From a virus (Duplodnaviria; Caudoviricetes): a DNA stretch of 64,000 nucleotides. Made by a program: the position numbers and the translations under genes. Positions 45,214 to 58,200 of this stretch are shown in pieces (position 1 is the first letter of the stretch; the number at the start of each line of letters is the position of its first letter). The notes under the pieces were generated by a model. The model did no database searches. It saw only the letters and a program-made list of their open reading frames with translations, and was not told where the DNA came from. The stretch covers positions 96,001-160,000 of IMG/VR virus record IMGVR_UViG_3300010163_000001, one strand, 5' to 3'.

Positions 45214-46884
45214 CTAACTAGCTTTTATCAAACCATCTAAGGGTATTTCTTCAAACTTTTTAATATCTGGTTTCTTATAATTTATAACATCTGCGACTTT
45301 TGGTCTTTTCTTTACTCCAGTATCCATATTGGAATCATCAATAGAAACTAAATCAGATGCTAAAGATATAATAGAAATTGGTTCTGGTTTATTTACATCT
45401 GGTTCTAATCGAATACCATTGTTATTTTCAAACGGGTGATTGAAATAATCCACTGCAGTAAGATCTTTCTTTCCACGAATTTTTGTTCTCTTAAATGACA
45501 AGAACCACTTTCCAGTAGATTTCTGCATTTCCAAATTGATAAAGCATACCCATGTTGCTTCTTGAATTAAATCCCAACATTGCCCGACATATTGATTTCC
45601 TATAAATCTTCCAATATCTTCTTTATTTTCTTGCATAGATGCTTCTAATATTCCATTACCTTCACGGTTTAACTGCATCGCTGTAATAACTGGAATATCA
45701 AATTCTTGCGCTAATGCTCGAAGTTCTCTTCCAGCATAACTTAATCTTGTACGCTCGTCTCCATAATGCTCTTTAATAGAATCTAACTTTAAAATGTAGT
45801 CAAGGACTAATGCAATTACTTTCTTTCCTTGATTTGCTAAGTCTCGAATTAAAACTCTTATATCATTACAATTAATTTCAAGATCAGAATAATACCGCAT
45901 TTCAATGTCAATACCATCTTCTGAACTAAAAATAAATTTTCCATTTTCTCTTAATATTTTTGCTACCTCTTCAACTTCCATTTCGCGGATTTCTTTTTGT
46001 GTTGGATTATACATATCGAAGAGTCGGATAATCGTTTCATAAATTGTATTCTCTAATGTAACAAATAGAATTACTTTCCGCATTCCATCTTCTACTGGTT
46101 TAATATGTGGATTAAATTGTCTTAACTGATCTGCAATATTCCACAAAGTACCTGATTTAAATCTTCCTGTTCCGCCTAAGAATAAATACAATTCTCCAGA
46201 CTGAAATCCTGGAGATAATACGGCATTCAACTGTCTAATACCAGTTTGTAATATCGTAGATGGCTTTTTAGCTTTATTAACAATTTTCGTCAATAAATCT
46301 ATATATTGGTCTCCAGAGAAATTAAATGAACGTATCAACTCTTCTGGCGCTGATACGTTCTGCAATTTTATCATTAGGTTTGACAATTTCACTTTCATAT
46401 CATTAATGATATCATAATACGAAGTAAACCCAACTGTATCAAAGTCATTTAAACTATTTATAATGTCATCTTTTACTTGATAAATGTAAATATATTGAAG
46501 TCTTTCATTGACTGCTTTATTCATCAACACACAGTCTGAATTTGTTAATTGGTTTTTCTCAAAGTTCACCTTTCCTAATATATCTTCGGAATCTTCTAAA
46601 TTTTCTTTTATATATAGTTTCAAAACAGAATCATCTGAAATTCTTTCTTCCGATATTCCTTTACTCGCGACTTTCAATAGTTTTAATCTATCTAAAATAT
46701 CTGGATTATATTTATAATCGTCAAAATTTAATTGTGATAATAATTTATATAAAACAGAAACTTGTGCTTGTGTTGTATAGTCACATCTTATATATTTAAT
46801 CAAAGCATCAACCATCTCAATATCAAAGTTCATTGAAATAGAATTGCTCTCTAATGATTTACGTTTTTTAATCATTTTTGGCAT
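45214..46884 (-). CDS. dnaB: Replicative DNA helicase (DnaB/SF4)
   Basis: LQTGIRQLN, GELYLFLGGTGRFKS, FVTLEN, VLDYI, PVITAMQLNREG. Confidence 0.88.
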   Translation of the reverse strand: MPKMIKKRKSLESNSISMNFDIEMVDALIKYIRCDYTTQAQVSVLYKLLSQLNFDDYKYNPDILDRLKLLKVASKGISEERISDDSVLKLYIKENLEDSEDILGKVNFEKNQLTNSDCVLMNKAVNERLQYIYIYQVKDDIINSLNDFDTVGFTSYYDIINDMKVKLSNLMIKLQNVSAPEELIRSFNFSGDQYIDLLTKIVNKAKKPSTILQTGIRQLNAVLSPGFQSGELYLFLGGTGRFKSGTLWNIADQLRQFNPHIKPVEDGMRKVILFVTLENTIYETIIRLFDMYNPTQKEIREMEVEEVAKILRENGKFIFSSEDGIDIEMRYYSDLEINCNDIRVLIRDLANQGKKVIALVLDYILKLDSIKEHYGDERTRLSYAGRELRALAQEFDIPVITAMQLNREGNGILEASMQENKEDIGRFIGNQYVGQCWDLIQEATWVCFINLEMQKSTGKWFLSFKRTKIRGKKDLTAVDYFNHPFENNNGIRLEPDVNKPEPISIISLASDLVSIDDSNMDTGVKKRPKVADVINYKKPDIKKFEEIPLDGLIKAS

Positions 46885-46929
46885 CTATGTCACCTCGTTC
46901 TACAATCTGATTTATTTCAATGTTACTTC

Positions 46930-47562
46930 TTAATTTTGATTCGGATTTCCTTTCATATATAGATGATAATAATCCGGATGATTGTCATGCAATATATTCA
47001 TCATTGCAGGGGTTAATGCTTTTAAATAAGCACAGATGTTTGGATACTCTTTAATAGCACCACAAATAATTTCTTCACTTGGTTCCTTTACATACTTAAT
47101 TGCATAAGGTTTTTCTCTAATTAGTTTCTCTTGATACTCTGGTCTTATATCACTAAAATATTCCATTAATGATGGATCTTCATCAAAAGCAATTTCCATT
47201 AAATCATTTGACAAGAACTTTTTTGGAACTGATAAGATTGCTTTTGGATTACTTTTCACTGATTTTAAAACCATAGCATCCGTTATCGTTACGTATGTAA
47301 ACTTGTTTTTGATAGTTTTCAAGTTTGCACCATCTATTTCACAAGCAAACATACAAAGTTCTGAAGAGGGGTGCTTCATTTTTCGAAAAAGAGAAGGCTC
47401 TCTTTCTATACAAAACTTCCATACTTCTTCATCTACATACTTTTCTTTTAGCAGTAACACGATTTCGGGGTCACTGATAATTGCATTTAGAATTTTTTGT
47501 TTTATCCCCGTAATATCATCTAGTAACATTTCGCACCTCACTCTCCAAGTGTTTTGAAACAT
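46930..47562 (-). CDS. Helical repeat protein (DUF4116-like repeats)
   Basis: Repeats of the type AIKYVKEPSEEIICGAIKEYP / SVKSNPKAILSVP. Confidence 0.55.
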   Translation of the reverse strand: MFQNTWRVRCEMLLDDITGIKQKILNAIISDPEIVLLLKEKYVDEEVWKFCIEREPSLFRKMKHPSSELCMFACEIDGANLKTIKNKFTYVTITDAMVLKSVKSNPKAILSVPKKFLSNDLMEIAFDEDPSLMEYFSDIRPEYQEKLIREKPYAIKYVKEPSEEIICGAIKEYPNICAYLKALTPAMMNILHDNHPDYYHLYMKGNPNQN

Positions 47563-47818
47563 TTAAACGATTTATCTTCATTTTTTCTTCTACATCTCTC
47601 GTAAATTCTTCCCATGTCATAGCCTTCCAAGGCGGCATTTCTTTTTTATAGAAGTCTTTCATTCTCTTCTTATCTTCATCTATTTCTTTTTTACGTTCTT
47701 TTTTATATTCTTGATCAATCCTTTTTCGTTTCTTTATAAGATATTCTAATATCGCGCTATTCAGTTCTGCATTAAACATTTTACTATATTCCATATTTAT
47801 TTTCCTCCTATTTTGCAT
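47516..47818 (-). CDS. Hypothetical charged protein
   Basis: 100-aa ORF coupled to its neighbours; probable start MEYSK. Confidence 0.55.
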   Translation of the reverse strand: MQNRRKINMEYSKMFNAELNSAILEYLIKKRKRIDQEYKKERKKEIDEDKKRMKDFYKKEMPPWKAMTWEEFTRDVEEKMKINRLNVSKHLESEVRNVTR

Positions 47819-48981
47819 TTTTCTTTTATAAAACCCATCGGAATATCAACTTTCTCAGGTGATGTTTCCAATATAAAATCATGAATAATTTCATATGGTT
47901 TCTTATTTTGACTATCATAAATAAAGCCAAGCTTTTTTTCTACCTCTTCATTCTTCTTTTTCTGCTCTTTCTTTAGTTTGTCTTTTAATTTATTCTTAAT
48001 CTTTAACTTTACGTTTTTATATCTAGTTATTTCGCTTCTCAATGAAGATATTAATACATCATTATCTGTTTTGTCATCTAACACATATACGACTATTTTT
48101 AATTTATGTGGTAAATTAAGTATATCTTCATCAAACTTCTTAAGTATATTCCTGATATCATCAATTATCTTTTGGTAGTCTTCTTTAGAGTTGTATAAAT
48201 TTGTGTAAACTTCATAAGTTATATATTCTGCACATAAGGGATTCAATACTTTTTTTACATAATACTTATGGTTTTCTGTATTATACCTTACAAATAAGAT
48301 TCCTTTTGGTTCTTCTTCTCCAAATTCATATCGAAATGGTGTTCCACAATAATACAGATTATCATATTGCTTTCCATCGTGCCAATGTCCTGCTATCATT
48401 GGTCCATAGATAGTTTTATTCCATAAATCATATCGAAAGATTACATTATTTTTCTTTAATAATTCAGGTTTTCTTTTTAATAATTCTCCATACACCACAT
48501 CAAAAGAACCATGAAAGAAACCAATATCTTTTAAAGATAATATTTCATCTAAATATAAATCTTCATATTCAGATGTTTCTATCGTCTCATCGGGACAATA
48601 TATACATTTCAGATCTGGTAATGTCTCTTCCAAAGTAGTTTTAAAAAAGATTTGAAACATGTCATCTGTCAATGGAGAAAATACTTCTAATTGATCATTA
48701 TCATGAGAAGAAGTTCCTTGTACCATTCTGATCTTTATATTATACTCTTTGCATAGAGATAAGATAGAATGGAACCATTCATTCGCCCAAATTGCTTGAG
48801 GACTATTTAAAGAAAGTTTATTATCAAAATAATCTCCGAGAATTACCAATAAATCAATTTCTTTTCCATATAATTTTATAAATACCTTTATAAATTCCAA
48901 ATATTTACATTGTAAATCCGGTTCTATTACTCCCCAATGTAGATCTGAAATTATGATAATATTATAATTCATACATTTCAT
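47797..48981 (-). CDS. sbcD: SbcD/Mre11 (gp47-like) metallophosphoesterase nuclease
   Basis: ISDLH, LGDYFD, GTSSHD, FHGSFD, AGHWH, YCGTP...FGEEEPKG. Confidence 0.88.
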   Translation of the reverse strand: MKCMNYNIIIISDLHWGVIEPDLQCKYLEFIKVFIKLYGKEIDLLVILGDYFDNKLSLNSPQAIWANEWFHSILSLCKEYNIKIRMVQGTSSHDNDQLEVFSPLTDDMFQIFFKTTLEETLPDLKCIYCPDETIETSEYEDLYLDEILSLKDIGFFHGSFDVVYGELLKRKPELLKKNNVIFRYDLWNKTIYGPMIAGHWHDGKQYDNLYYCGTPFRYEFGEEEPKGILFVRYNTENHKYYVKKVLNPLCAEYITYEVYTNLYNSKEDYQKIIDDIRNILKKFDEDILNLPHKLKIVVYVLDDKTDNDVLISSLRSEITRYKNVKLKIKNKLKDKLKKEQKKKNEEVEKKLGFIYDSQNKKPYEIIHDFILETSPEKVDIPMGFIKEKCKIGGK

Positions 48982-49194
48982 CCTTTCTATTCATATCAAA
49001 AAATATATATAAATTTAATTTATTAAACATTTGTAAATATTTAAATCAAATCTGTATAGTTTTTTAAATATTAGATAACATTGATGTAAGGATGAAATAT
49101 TTGCAACTCACTCCATATTGTTATCTTCCCCGATCATATGTATTTTACTCATTGTTGCAATACTCATCTGTTACAATTTGTTACATTATTTTAG

Positions 49195-49235
49195 ATGAAG
49201 AGGAGATGTTAATTCATCTCCTCTTCATCCTTTTT
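49195..49235. terminator. Terminator hairpin downstream of the giant tail gene
   Basis: GATGAAGAGGAGATG...CATCTCCTCTTCATC with a T run on the plus strand. Confidence 0.8.
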
Positions 49236-49240
49236 TGTAT

Positions 49241-52200
49241 TTATTTCTTTGCAATTGCTTCATGTATTTTTGTCAATGACATCTTTGAATAATCCTTATC
49301 AGATTTACTTGAAGATGTTTTATATGTCCTTGGTAACTTAGTATTCCCGTTTCCATAAGAAACGACTGTATTGTTATTTGTAACACTATTATATGACATT
49401 TCTTTGTTATTTTTTTCTTCTCTTTCTACAAACGTCTTTAATACATCTATAATTGTATCCATCTTACTCTCAATATCTCTTGTATTAAGAGCAACTGTTA
49501 ATTTCTCTTTTACTTGTGAATTGGTATTCATTGTTCCAGAACCATATCCAATATCTTCTTCTGTTTCATATTTTTTAGTATCGTATTTATAACTCGTTGG
49601 ATCTATTGTAGAGTTATGACTATCATTTCTTCTTAATTCATAATGTAAATGACTTCCAGTTGACTTACCAGAAGAGCCAACTTTTCCTATTACGCTATCT
49701 TTATACACATGTGTTCCTGGACCATACCCTACTGGTTCATCCATATGCGCAAATAAATGCTGTGTCCCGTCATTGTCTTTTACAACTGCATAGTTACCAT
49801 AACCAGCAACATCAGTACCTGTTGAAATAACATCTCCTTCTATTGGGGATTTAATATCAGTACCATAAGGTGCTCCAATATCCAGACCCCTATGAAACTC
49901 GCTTCCTAATTCTGAATTTCTATGTCCATACCCAGAAGTTACGATTCCTCCAAGAGTATTTGTAAAGTATCCCTCTGGAGTGTCCATGTTCTTATTTGAT
50001 GGTCCGGGACCAAATCCTATAAGATTCTGATTATATGCTCCTGCGACTTCATTTAATCCTCCAAGTAGGGCATCCAGTCCGCTACCCGCTTTTACTACAC
50101 CAGAGCTTCCTGTATTACCACTATTTGTATTGGTATAATTAGTACCTGAATTAGCTACTGATAAATTGTTAATTGCTGCAGATCCACCTTCTGGAGATCT
50201 CCATACTACAGTATATGCTGATCTACTACTATGAGTAATTCCCGGATTATTTACAGATGAATTAGATCCACAATTGTAAACCATATTTGTATTTCCATCT
50301 CGTCCTGCAAATATTTCCGTATGTCCACTAATTACTAAAATATCTCCTGGAACTAGATTTGTCCATCCAGTCCATGGCATATAAGTAAATCCTGAATTTG
50401 TGAGTAAACTATTATTAGATGATAATAATCCGCTAGAACTTGTTAAGAAATCCTGTCCTGTATAATAAGATACACAAGCACTTACAAATCCAGAACAGTC
50501 AGTTCTAACAGATTTTTGTATACCACCTACATTTATTGTGATATAATTGCTTTGTGAATATCCAGGCTGTTGTGCAGCGATTGCTTGTTTTACAGCTTGT
50601 ACAATATTTAACCATGGTGCTCCATAACCAATTGCTTTAGATTTTCCTAATATATTATATCTCAAATAAGACGACTTACCCGGTCCATAGGAAACATTTG
50701 CAGAGGTCGTATTATTTGATGCAACCATAGTATTATTCCCACCGCCATATCTAGCAAGCCAACTATTTGAATATCCAATACGTTCATTTTCTTCTCTAGT
50801 GCTTTGGTCAGCCGGTTGTTCATATACATGTAACATATCATTAGATGCTTTTGATACATCATTTGTTGTAGTTAAGGTATTCAAAAGGGATGGATATCCT
50901 TGAAGTTCATCTTTAAAATATTGAACCTGAGCACTAATATCCCCGACAGAAAGTCCCTGTCCGTGAGCTTTGTCAACTAAACCTTTCTTTCTTGACCAAT
51001 ATGTCCATTGTGCTAATCCATAACCTTTCTTATCATGAATAAAGGAGTCTGGATTCGCATCTGCATTCTTCGTATACTCTTTTGATTTTTCATATCCACT
51101 ACTAAAGTCTCCTTGTACTCTAACTGCATGATTTCCAGATTCTTTCTGCCAGTTACCCATAACACCTGCAGCACCAGCAGGAGTAAATCCTACTTTTATA
51201 AGTTCATTCCAAATATATCCTGTTTCATCATTTGCATCTGTTAATGCATAACTACCACCAGATGCAGTTGTATCTCCACTATTGTCAGGAGACAAATCCA
51301 TTAATTGTATAAGTGCATTTTGTTTTGCTTTTTCATAGTCATCACCTGAAGCCTGTGCAGAAATTGCAAATCCTATTGCTTGTAACTTTTGAGAAACTGT
51401 TGCATTACTCGTATCTACATTCATTGTATCTGATGAATTTGTAAGCATGGTATATCCCGTATTTTGTGGAGAGTTAACCATATAGCCACCAACTCCATCA
51501 GTTGCATAATTTACTCCAGAAACTTTTGGAGTTACCGTATATCTTGAATCTGTTTTTGTATTCACTCCGGATGGGACACCGTACTTCTTCCCTATGGAAA
51601 GAGCACCATTTCTCATCATTGCAACTATACCTTGTCCGGCACCATTGGATTTTAATCCATTTGTCATTGCTACACTAGCTACTGCAGAAGCAGCCTTCTT
51701 AAAGGCTTTATTTCCAGTTCCGATTCCATATCCTACATTTAACGTAAATGGTCCCTTTGAATTTCCACTAGGAGTGGGTTTTGCAAATGGATTGTTTTTA
51801 AAGAACGGACTATTTGCAGTTTTCTTTTTATTTGTGTTTATTTGCTGTTGAAATACCTTAGCTGCATTTTTCTTAACTTCAGGTGAGATATTACCAACAA
51901 CAGAATCTTTTTCGTAATTTATTCCAGAAACTTTCGGAGCTGTATGATAAGAATATGGCATACCCATTTCATACATTTTCTTTGCATATGCAATCTTTTG
52001 TGTTACAATTGTATTGTAATTTTCATAATCAGGAGTTCCAGGTGGCGCTCCTGCATATTGAAGTTCATCTGTAAATTGTGTTGTCAATGCCATAATTCCT
52101 TGCTCTGTGAGCTGGAACTTCTTTATTGCTTCTTCAACAGTTTTTGGATCATTGCTTGTCAATCCTGCTTTTTCAGCAGCTTCTGCAGCTCCTTTATTTG

Positions 52201-55200
52201 TTGCATTGGCTTTTGGGTCAACCATATAGCCACCCACAGAATCTTTTTCATAATTTATTCCAGAAACCTTCGGATCACTTATATTTGCAGTTGCTCCTGC
52301 AGCGACACCTATACCAGAATTATCAGCACCAGATTCATCAAATGGATTAACTTCTTTAATAGAACGATATTCTTTTCCTCCCATTAAAGCGTCCATCATA
52401 TGTTCAAAAACCGCTGTAAAGTTATTGAATATAGCACCTATTTTTCCAGTAAGTCCTTCTGCCTCAGAAACGGATTGGTAATCGGATGTTCCTCCCACTT
52501 TGTTGCTAAAATCTACTGGACCACTGATTCCTTCTCCATTTGGCCCTGTAACTACATATGCACTCTTAATTGCATTCTTCTGTCCTACTTTATCTTTCAA
52601 TCTCTTAACATTAAATACAGATGGTTGTTCTAATGTTGTAAACGGGTCATTTACTGCAAGATAATCTCCTTGCGCTGCTCTAGCTACTAATGTTCCATAA
52701 GAATCTGGATTGCTATCATCAAGAGCAGATGCATTTTCTGGATGATTTTTACCATCTGCAGTATATCTCCAATCTGTATTGGTGTTAAAAGCACCAATAT
52801 TGTTATATTCTCCTTTATCATAGAATCCATTAAAAATAGATCCATTGTAACGATAACCTGTTAGTACAACAGGTTTATTACTTCTAAGCGCATTAATAAC
52901 TGAATCCATAGATTCTAGTTTCTTAACTTGTAATCTTTTTCCATCAACTTGAGTTTCTCTTAATGCATTGAAACCACCGTCTTGATAGATCGTGTCTTGG
53001 TTCAATCCAGTACCGGGTGAAGACCATCCAGTATATCGTCCATCCAACCAATTAGAATTAATATAATCCGGAGTGATGATATTATTTCCAAATGCACTAG
53101 ACACCATTGCAAGCGATGCTAAATCTCCTCCACGGAATCTAACTGTAGATCCTCTCCATGGTATATTACTCCATCTTGGATCATCTGTCTGGAAAAATGG
53201 GAACCCATTCTTATATTCGAAAGAATCACCATATGTTCCAAAACCACCAAACATTTCTGATAGTTCTTGTTTCCCCTTAATTCCTTCTAGTTCAGATGTT
53301 GTAATTACATGATTGTCTTTATAATCACCAGAATCGACAAATAAATAGTATACTTCTCTAAAAAGAGGAATTCTGCCATCAGATAACAGATCTTTCTTAT
53401 AAGTAACCATATTTTTGATATCTTTTACTTTTAATCCATTATAAAAGTCGATTCTATTAAATCCATACTCACCATTTGTCTGAGTGAGACCAGATGCAAT
53501 CTTACGTTGCATTCTTACAGCAGTATTTAATGTTGCCCCTTTCAAATTCGAAGTAATATCAGTATTCAAATAATAACTCGAATTTCCATATATTTCTGCA
53601 ACAGTAGCATTTGATTTTGCTTTCTTATAATTAGCAAATGCATTATTTGCCACAGTTGCTCCCAATTTTGCTAAATCTATTGCAGATTTAGTAGCAATAA
53701 CACCAGGAGTCGTTTTCTTAGAAGGCTTTATCGCCCTCCCATTAGAATCTGTTACTTTTATATCTATTCCACTAGCTTCTTTTTCTGCTTGCGCATTTCC
53801 ATTAAGATATTCATAAAAACTATCGGGTAATCTCCCCTGTGTTCCTTCTTTGATTAAATTATTTTCGTCCTTTAAATTCTCTAGATCGTATCTATTATCC
53901 ATCTTTCTATATGTAATCGAATTATCACCTTCAATTACATAATAATAGTCATCTCCGTATTTAAACCATGGTAAATCTTCATCCCCAGGTCCAAAACCTA
54001 AAGATTTGCTTGGTTTCCATTTTATTTTAGCAGAACCAGTGCCAAAACCAATGGAACCTTTCTTTTTGTATTGATCTGTATACCACTCTGCCAATGATAA
54101 GTTTCCACCGTTAGCTTTATACGAATCATAAGCCCGATGTTCTTTTTCTGTAATTGCATAAGTATCTTGTAAATTGTAAATGTTATTCCATTCTGTCATA
54201 TCTCCGCCAGATATTTTTGCTCCTACCCATGAGAAACCTTTTTGAACCTGACCAAATATTCCAGCATCTTTATTTGATTTATTATTCCAATCGTTAACAG
54301 TTAAATTCGTACCATTGATTGCATTATATTTTGCAACCTGTGCTTCAAATTCATCTGTTGCAGTATCTAATTTTTCTTTATCAAAGAATGTACTGTATAA
54401 CCACCTAGCAACAATCTGTTTTATATCCCATTGTGGATTGATCATACTGATAATTTCAAGTACAAGGTCAACACAAGATGCTCCTGGTAAACCTAATAAA
54501 ACTTGAAGTACCGATGATATTGTTTTCATTTCCCATGTAACATCATGTTTTGCAATACCAAATAATCTAGCTGCAGATGTCCAACCATCTACACCATCAT
54601 AAACTGCTCCTATAATTAGTGGAATAATTGCTGCTGATGCACCAGTTCTTATAGATATTTCTGCTAATTTTTGTGAAATTTCATTAGCAATTGCAGAAAT
54701 AGTACTAACTGGACATCTTCTCACCATACTTATGATTTTTTCTCCAAATCGTTTGATTCCATCGCTCCAATCTCTTGATGAAAACCATGCTGCAAATCTA
54801 TCTCCATATTTTGCTGCAAATTTAACAAATTGATTTATTACTTTATTAATCAAAGTAATTGGATGTACACTCGTAGCATCTATAATCCCAGCATTCACAG
54901 CAGCATCTTTAGCTGTCATTGTTGTATCATAAATGTCATACATATTAGAAGCTTTATCACTTATATTAACAATATCACTTGCAGCCCCATATCCAACTGC
55001 CTTTCTTCTGTAACTCCATCCATGTGTCATTCCGGATGTCAAATTACTAAGTTTCTCTGTTCTAGTTCCTCTCATCGGATCATTAATTCTTACATTTCCA
55101 TTGTTATCAATGCCAGAAGCAACTACAATATGACCTGCTTTTGTATAAGGTCCATTCATAGAAGACTTTCCAGACACAATAACCGGTTCTCCACTTTGGA

Positions 55201-58200
55201 GGGATTTTTTAATAGAACTCTTATTTACTTCAGTCGGAGATAACCCCATATCAGAAGCACCTTTTGTAAATAATCCGGCAGTAGAACCACCATCTTTAAT
55301 ATATCCATTATTCTGTGCATAAGATGCTACAGATACTGGATCTGTATTTGATTTTAATTGAGATGCTACCATGGATAATGCAGTAGGACCACAACCTCCT
55401 GTAGCCATTGTACTTGTAGTACCATCTGGGAATTTTCCTATTGGTATATTTCCCCATCTAGGGTCATTCTGCATAACAGTACCATATCCTAATACTTTCT
55501 GTCTATTGCTAATTTTTATTGGTCCAGGACCATTATAAGTTTCTTCTGTAGATTCTTTTGGATTATTAGATTGAATTGTCGGAGCAAATTTCATATTTAC
55601 CCAATCTTCAAACTTTGCATCCTTATTATTAGCTTTATATGCATCCCATTCTCTTTGTTCTGCATCGGTCAATGTGTCTTGCTCTTGAGTTTTCCATTTA
55701 TCTTTATATGCTTGGGTATTTCCCCCACCACTCCATAACCAATCCCATCCTTGATGAATTTTTCCAAATATGTTGCGGCTATTATTTGTTAAGTTACTAT
55801 ATTCCTCAGTAGTTAAATTCGTACCATGTTTTGCGTTATGAATCGCAACTTTTTTGTCGAATTCCTCAATTGCATCATCTAATTGCTTCTTTCCACCAAG
55901 ATTCGAATAGATTGCTCTTGCAAGCATTCTCTTAAAATCCAATTTCGGGAAAAATGCTTTAATGACCTCTAATACTATGTCAATATATGCCATTGGTCCA
56001 ATACCAAGTATAACTTCCATAATAGAAGATGTAAGTCGCATTCCCCATGTAACATCAGAAGCGGCAACTCCAAACAAATCTGCAGCAGATATTGCTCCAT
56101 TAAGTGCATCAAATGCACCAAGAACTAACGCTAAAACACCAGTTCCATCGGCAGCAGTTCTCGCAGTTGCTTCCGTCATTTTTGTACTAATTAATTCACC
56201 AATTTTTCTAATAAGTTTAACGTCACTCTCTAAAAATTTCTTTGATAAGCTTTCAATAAGTTCTTTAATAGTTTTAGTCCAATTAGCCTTTGTTATAACA
56301 CCCGTAATCTTTTTATCAAAGGATGTATAAACTTTATTTAATCCATCAAGTAATTTATTTAATAATTTCTTTATGATTCCTTTATTTGCTGCAATATCAT
56401 CTACATTCTTTGCAGCAGTATCTACTGCAAGTTTTGCAGAATTAACAGCAGCTTTATTTGCTGCAACATCTGCCTCTAAAAATACTTCAGCACTTCTTGC
56501 GGCATTTGTTGATATATTTCGAGTAGTATCTAAGATTGCTTCTGAATTCTTTAATGTTTGCTCTGCAGCACTTAATCCTTCTTGTGCAGTTAATAATGCA
56601 GATTGTGCATCTTGCACCCTTTGTGCTAACTTAGTTGCTTTTGAGCCCATAACTTTACTAGATATCTTACTAGCAACTTTTCCGGTTCCTTTTGCTGCAC
56701 CTTTAGCAACTTTTGATGCCATTCCCATTCCTGGAATCATTCCGATTGCACCAATTCCACCCATAGCAGCACCACCGGCAATAACTCCTCCAGTTTTTAA
56801 TGCTCCTTTTGCTAATTTATTTGCAAATGGTCTTGAAATTCCGCGTATATATTTCGTACCAGCTCTTAATCCAGAATATAATGTACCACTACTAAATCCA
56901 GATACTTTCTTTGTAGCATGGAATACTCCATTTTCATCAATATATCCATCAAATCCTTCTTCACCAGTAACTTGACCAGTTTCATCATCAACTTGATATC
57001 CTTCTTCGTATTCTACAGAACCATCTTCATTGTATTTCTTTATTTGATGACGTGCATTTTTTGTTTTTTCTTGAGCTTCTTCCTTTGTTTCAAATTTTTG
57101 TGTATCACCTTTATCAAATGGATCTTTAAATCCAAATACTCCTGCAACTTTACTAATGAGACATTTTCCAATCGAGGTCGCTGCTGCATATAATAAATCC
57201 CAAGATGTCTTTACAATAGTATCCATGTTGTCGATAATTAGTCCTGTGACATCTGCCACAAATTTAGGTGCTTTTTCAAATACAAGATCCTTCACATTGA
57301 TAAGGAAATCTTTTACCGGAGGTATAATATTCGTTTCAATGAAAGGTAATGCTTTCTCTTGCATCCAAGGTTTAAATTTGTCATTATAAAATTCTTTGAT
57401 TTGTTCCCCAAATACTGCGTAGATACTAAAACTTCCGAGTGCTAATTTCCAGAATGTTTTACTCGTAAATAACTTACCAGCCACACCAAATACATTTTTA
57501 AAGAAACCACCAACAGATCCAAATACTGTTTTCTTATCTTCGTCAGTCACTCCTTTAATATCCGCTTTGCTTTTATCTTTTTTATCTTTCTCTTCATCTT
57601 GGTAGGATTTCCCACCACTTCTAGCGCGTTCACTTTCTTTCTGTTCTTTTTCGTCTCGTTTCTTCTTTTTATCACTATCTCTTCGTGCATCAATAATATC
57701 ATCTGCACGGTTAACAGTTTCACTATTTGTAGCATCTCGTAAATCAGATATAGATGCTCCTGTTTCTATTGCTGTATCAGCAGTATTCATAGCAGCATTT
57801 GCTTCTGTTGCTTCTTCAATATTCTCTAATGCATTTATAACTGCTTCTTCTGTAGAATTATCTTCATCTTTCTTCTTAAAATGTTCTGTAATTGGTGTTA
57901 TTGCTTCTTTTATCCAATCATAGAATTTCTTTGTTCTTTCTCTATCTTGCTGCTGATCAGGAGATTCTTGAATCTTAAGACCATCGGAAACAGCCATTTC
58001 TTCGAAACTTTTCTCTTCATCCTTCTTTTTATCTTTATCAGGATTAAATCTCTCATAAAAATCTTCTTTATTGTAAAGAAGATCATTTAAATCTTTATTA
58101 TTCTTTATCCATGATATATCTAATCCAGCATCTTGTAATTCATCTTTTGCTTTCGCAAGTTCTACATCATCTAAAGAACCATTTACGTATCCAAATTTCT

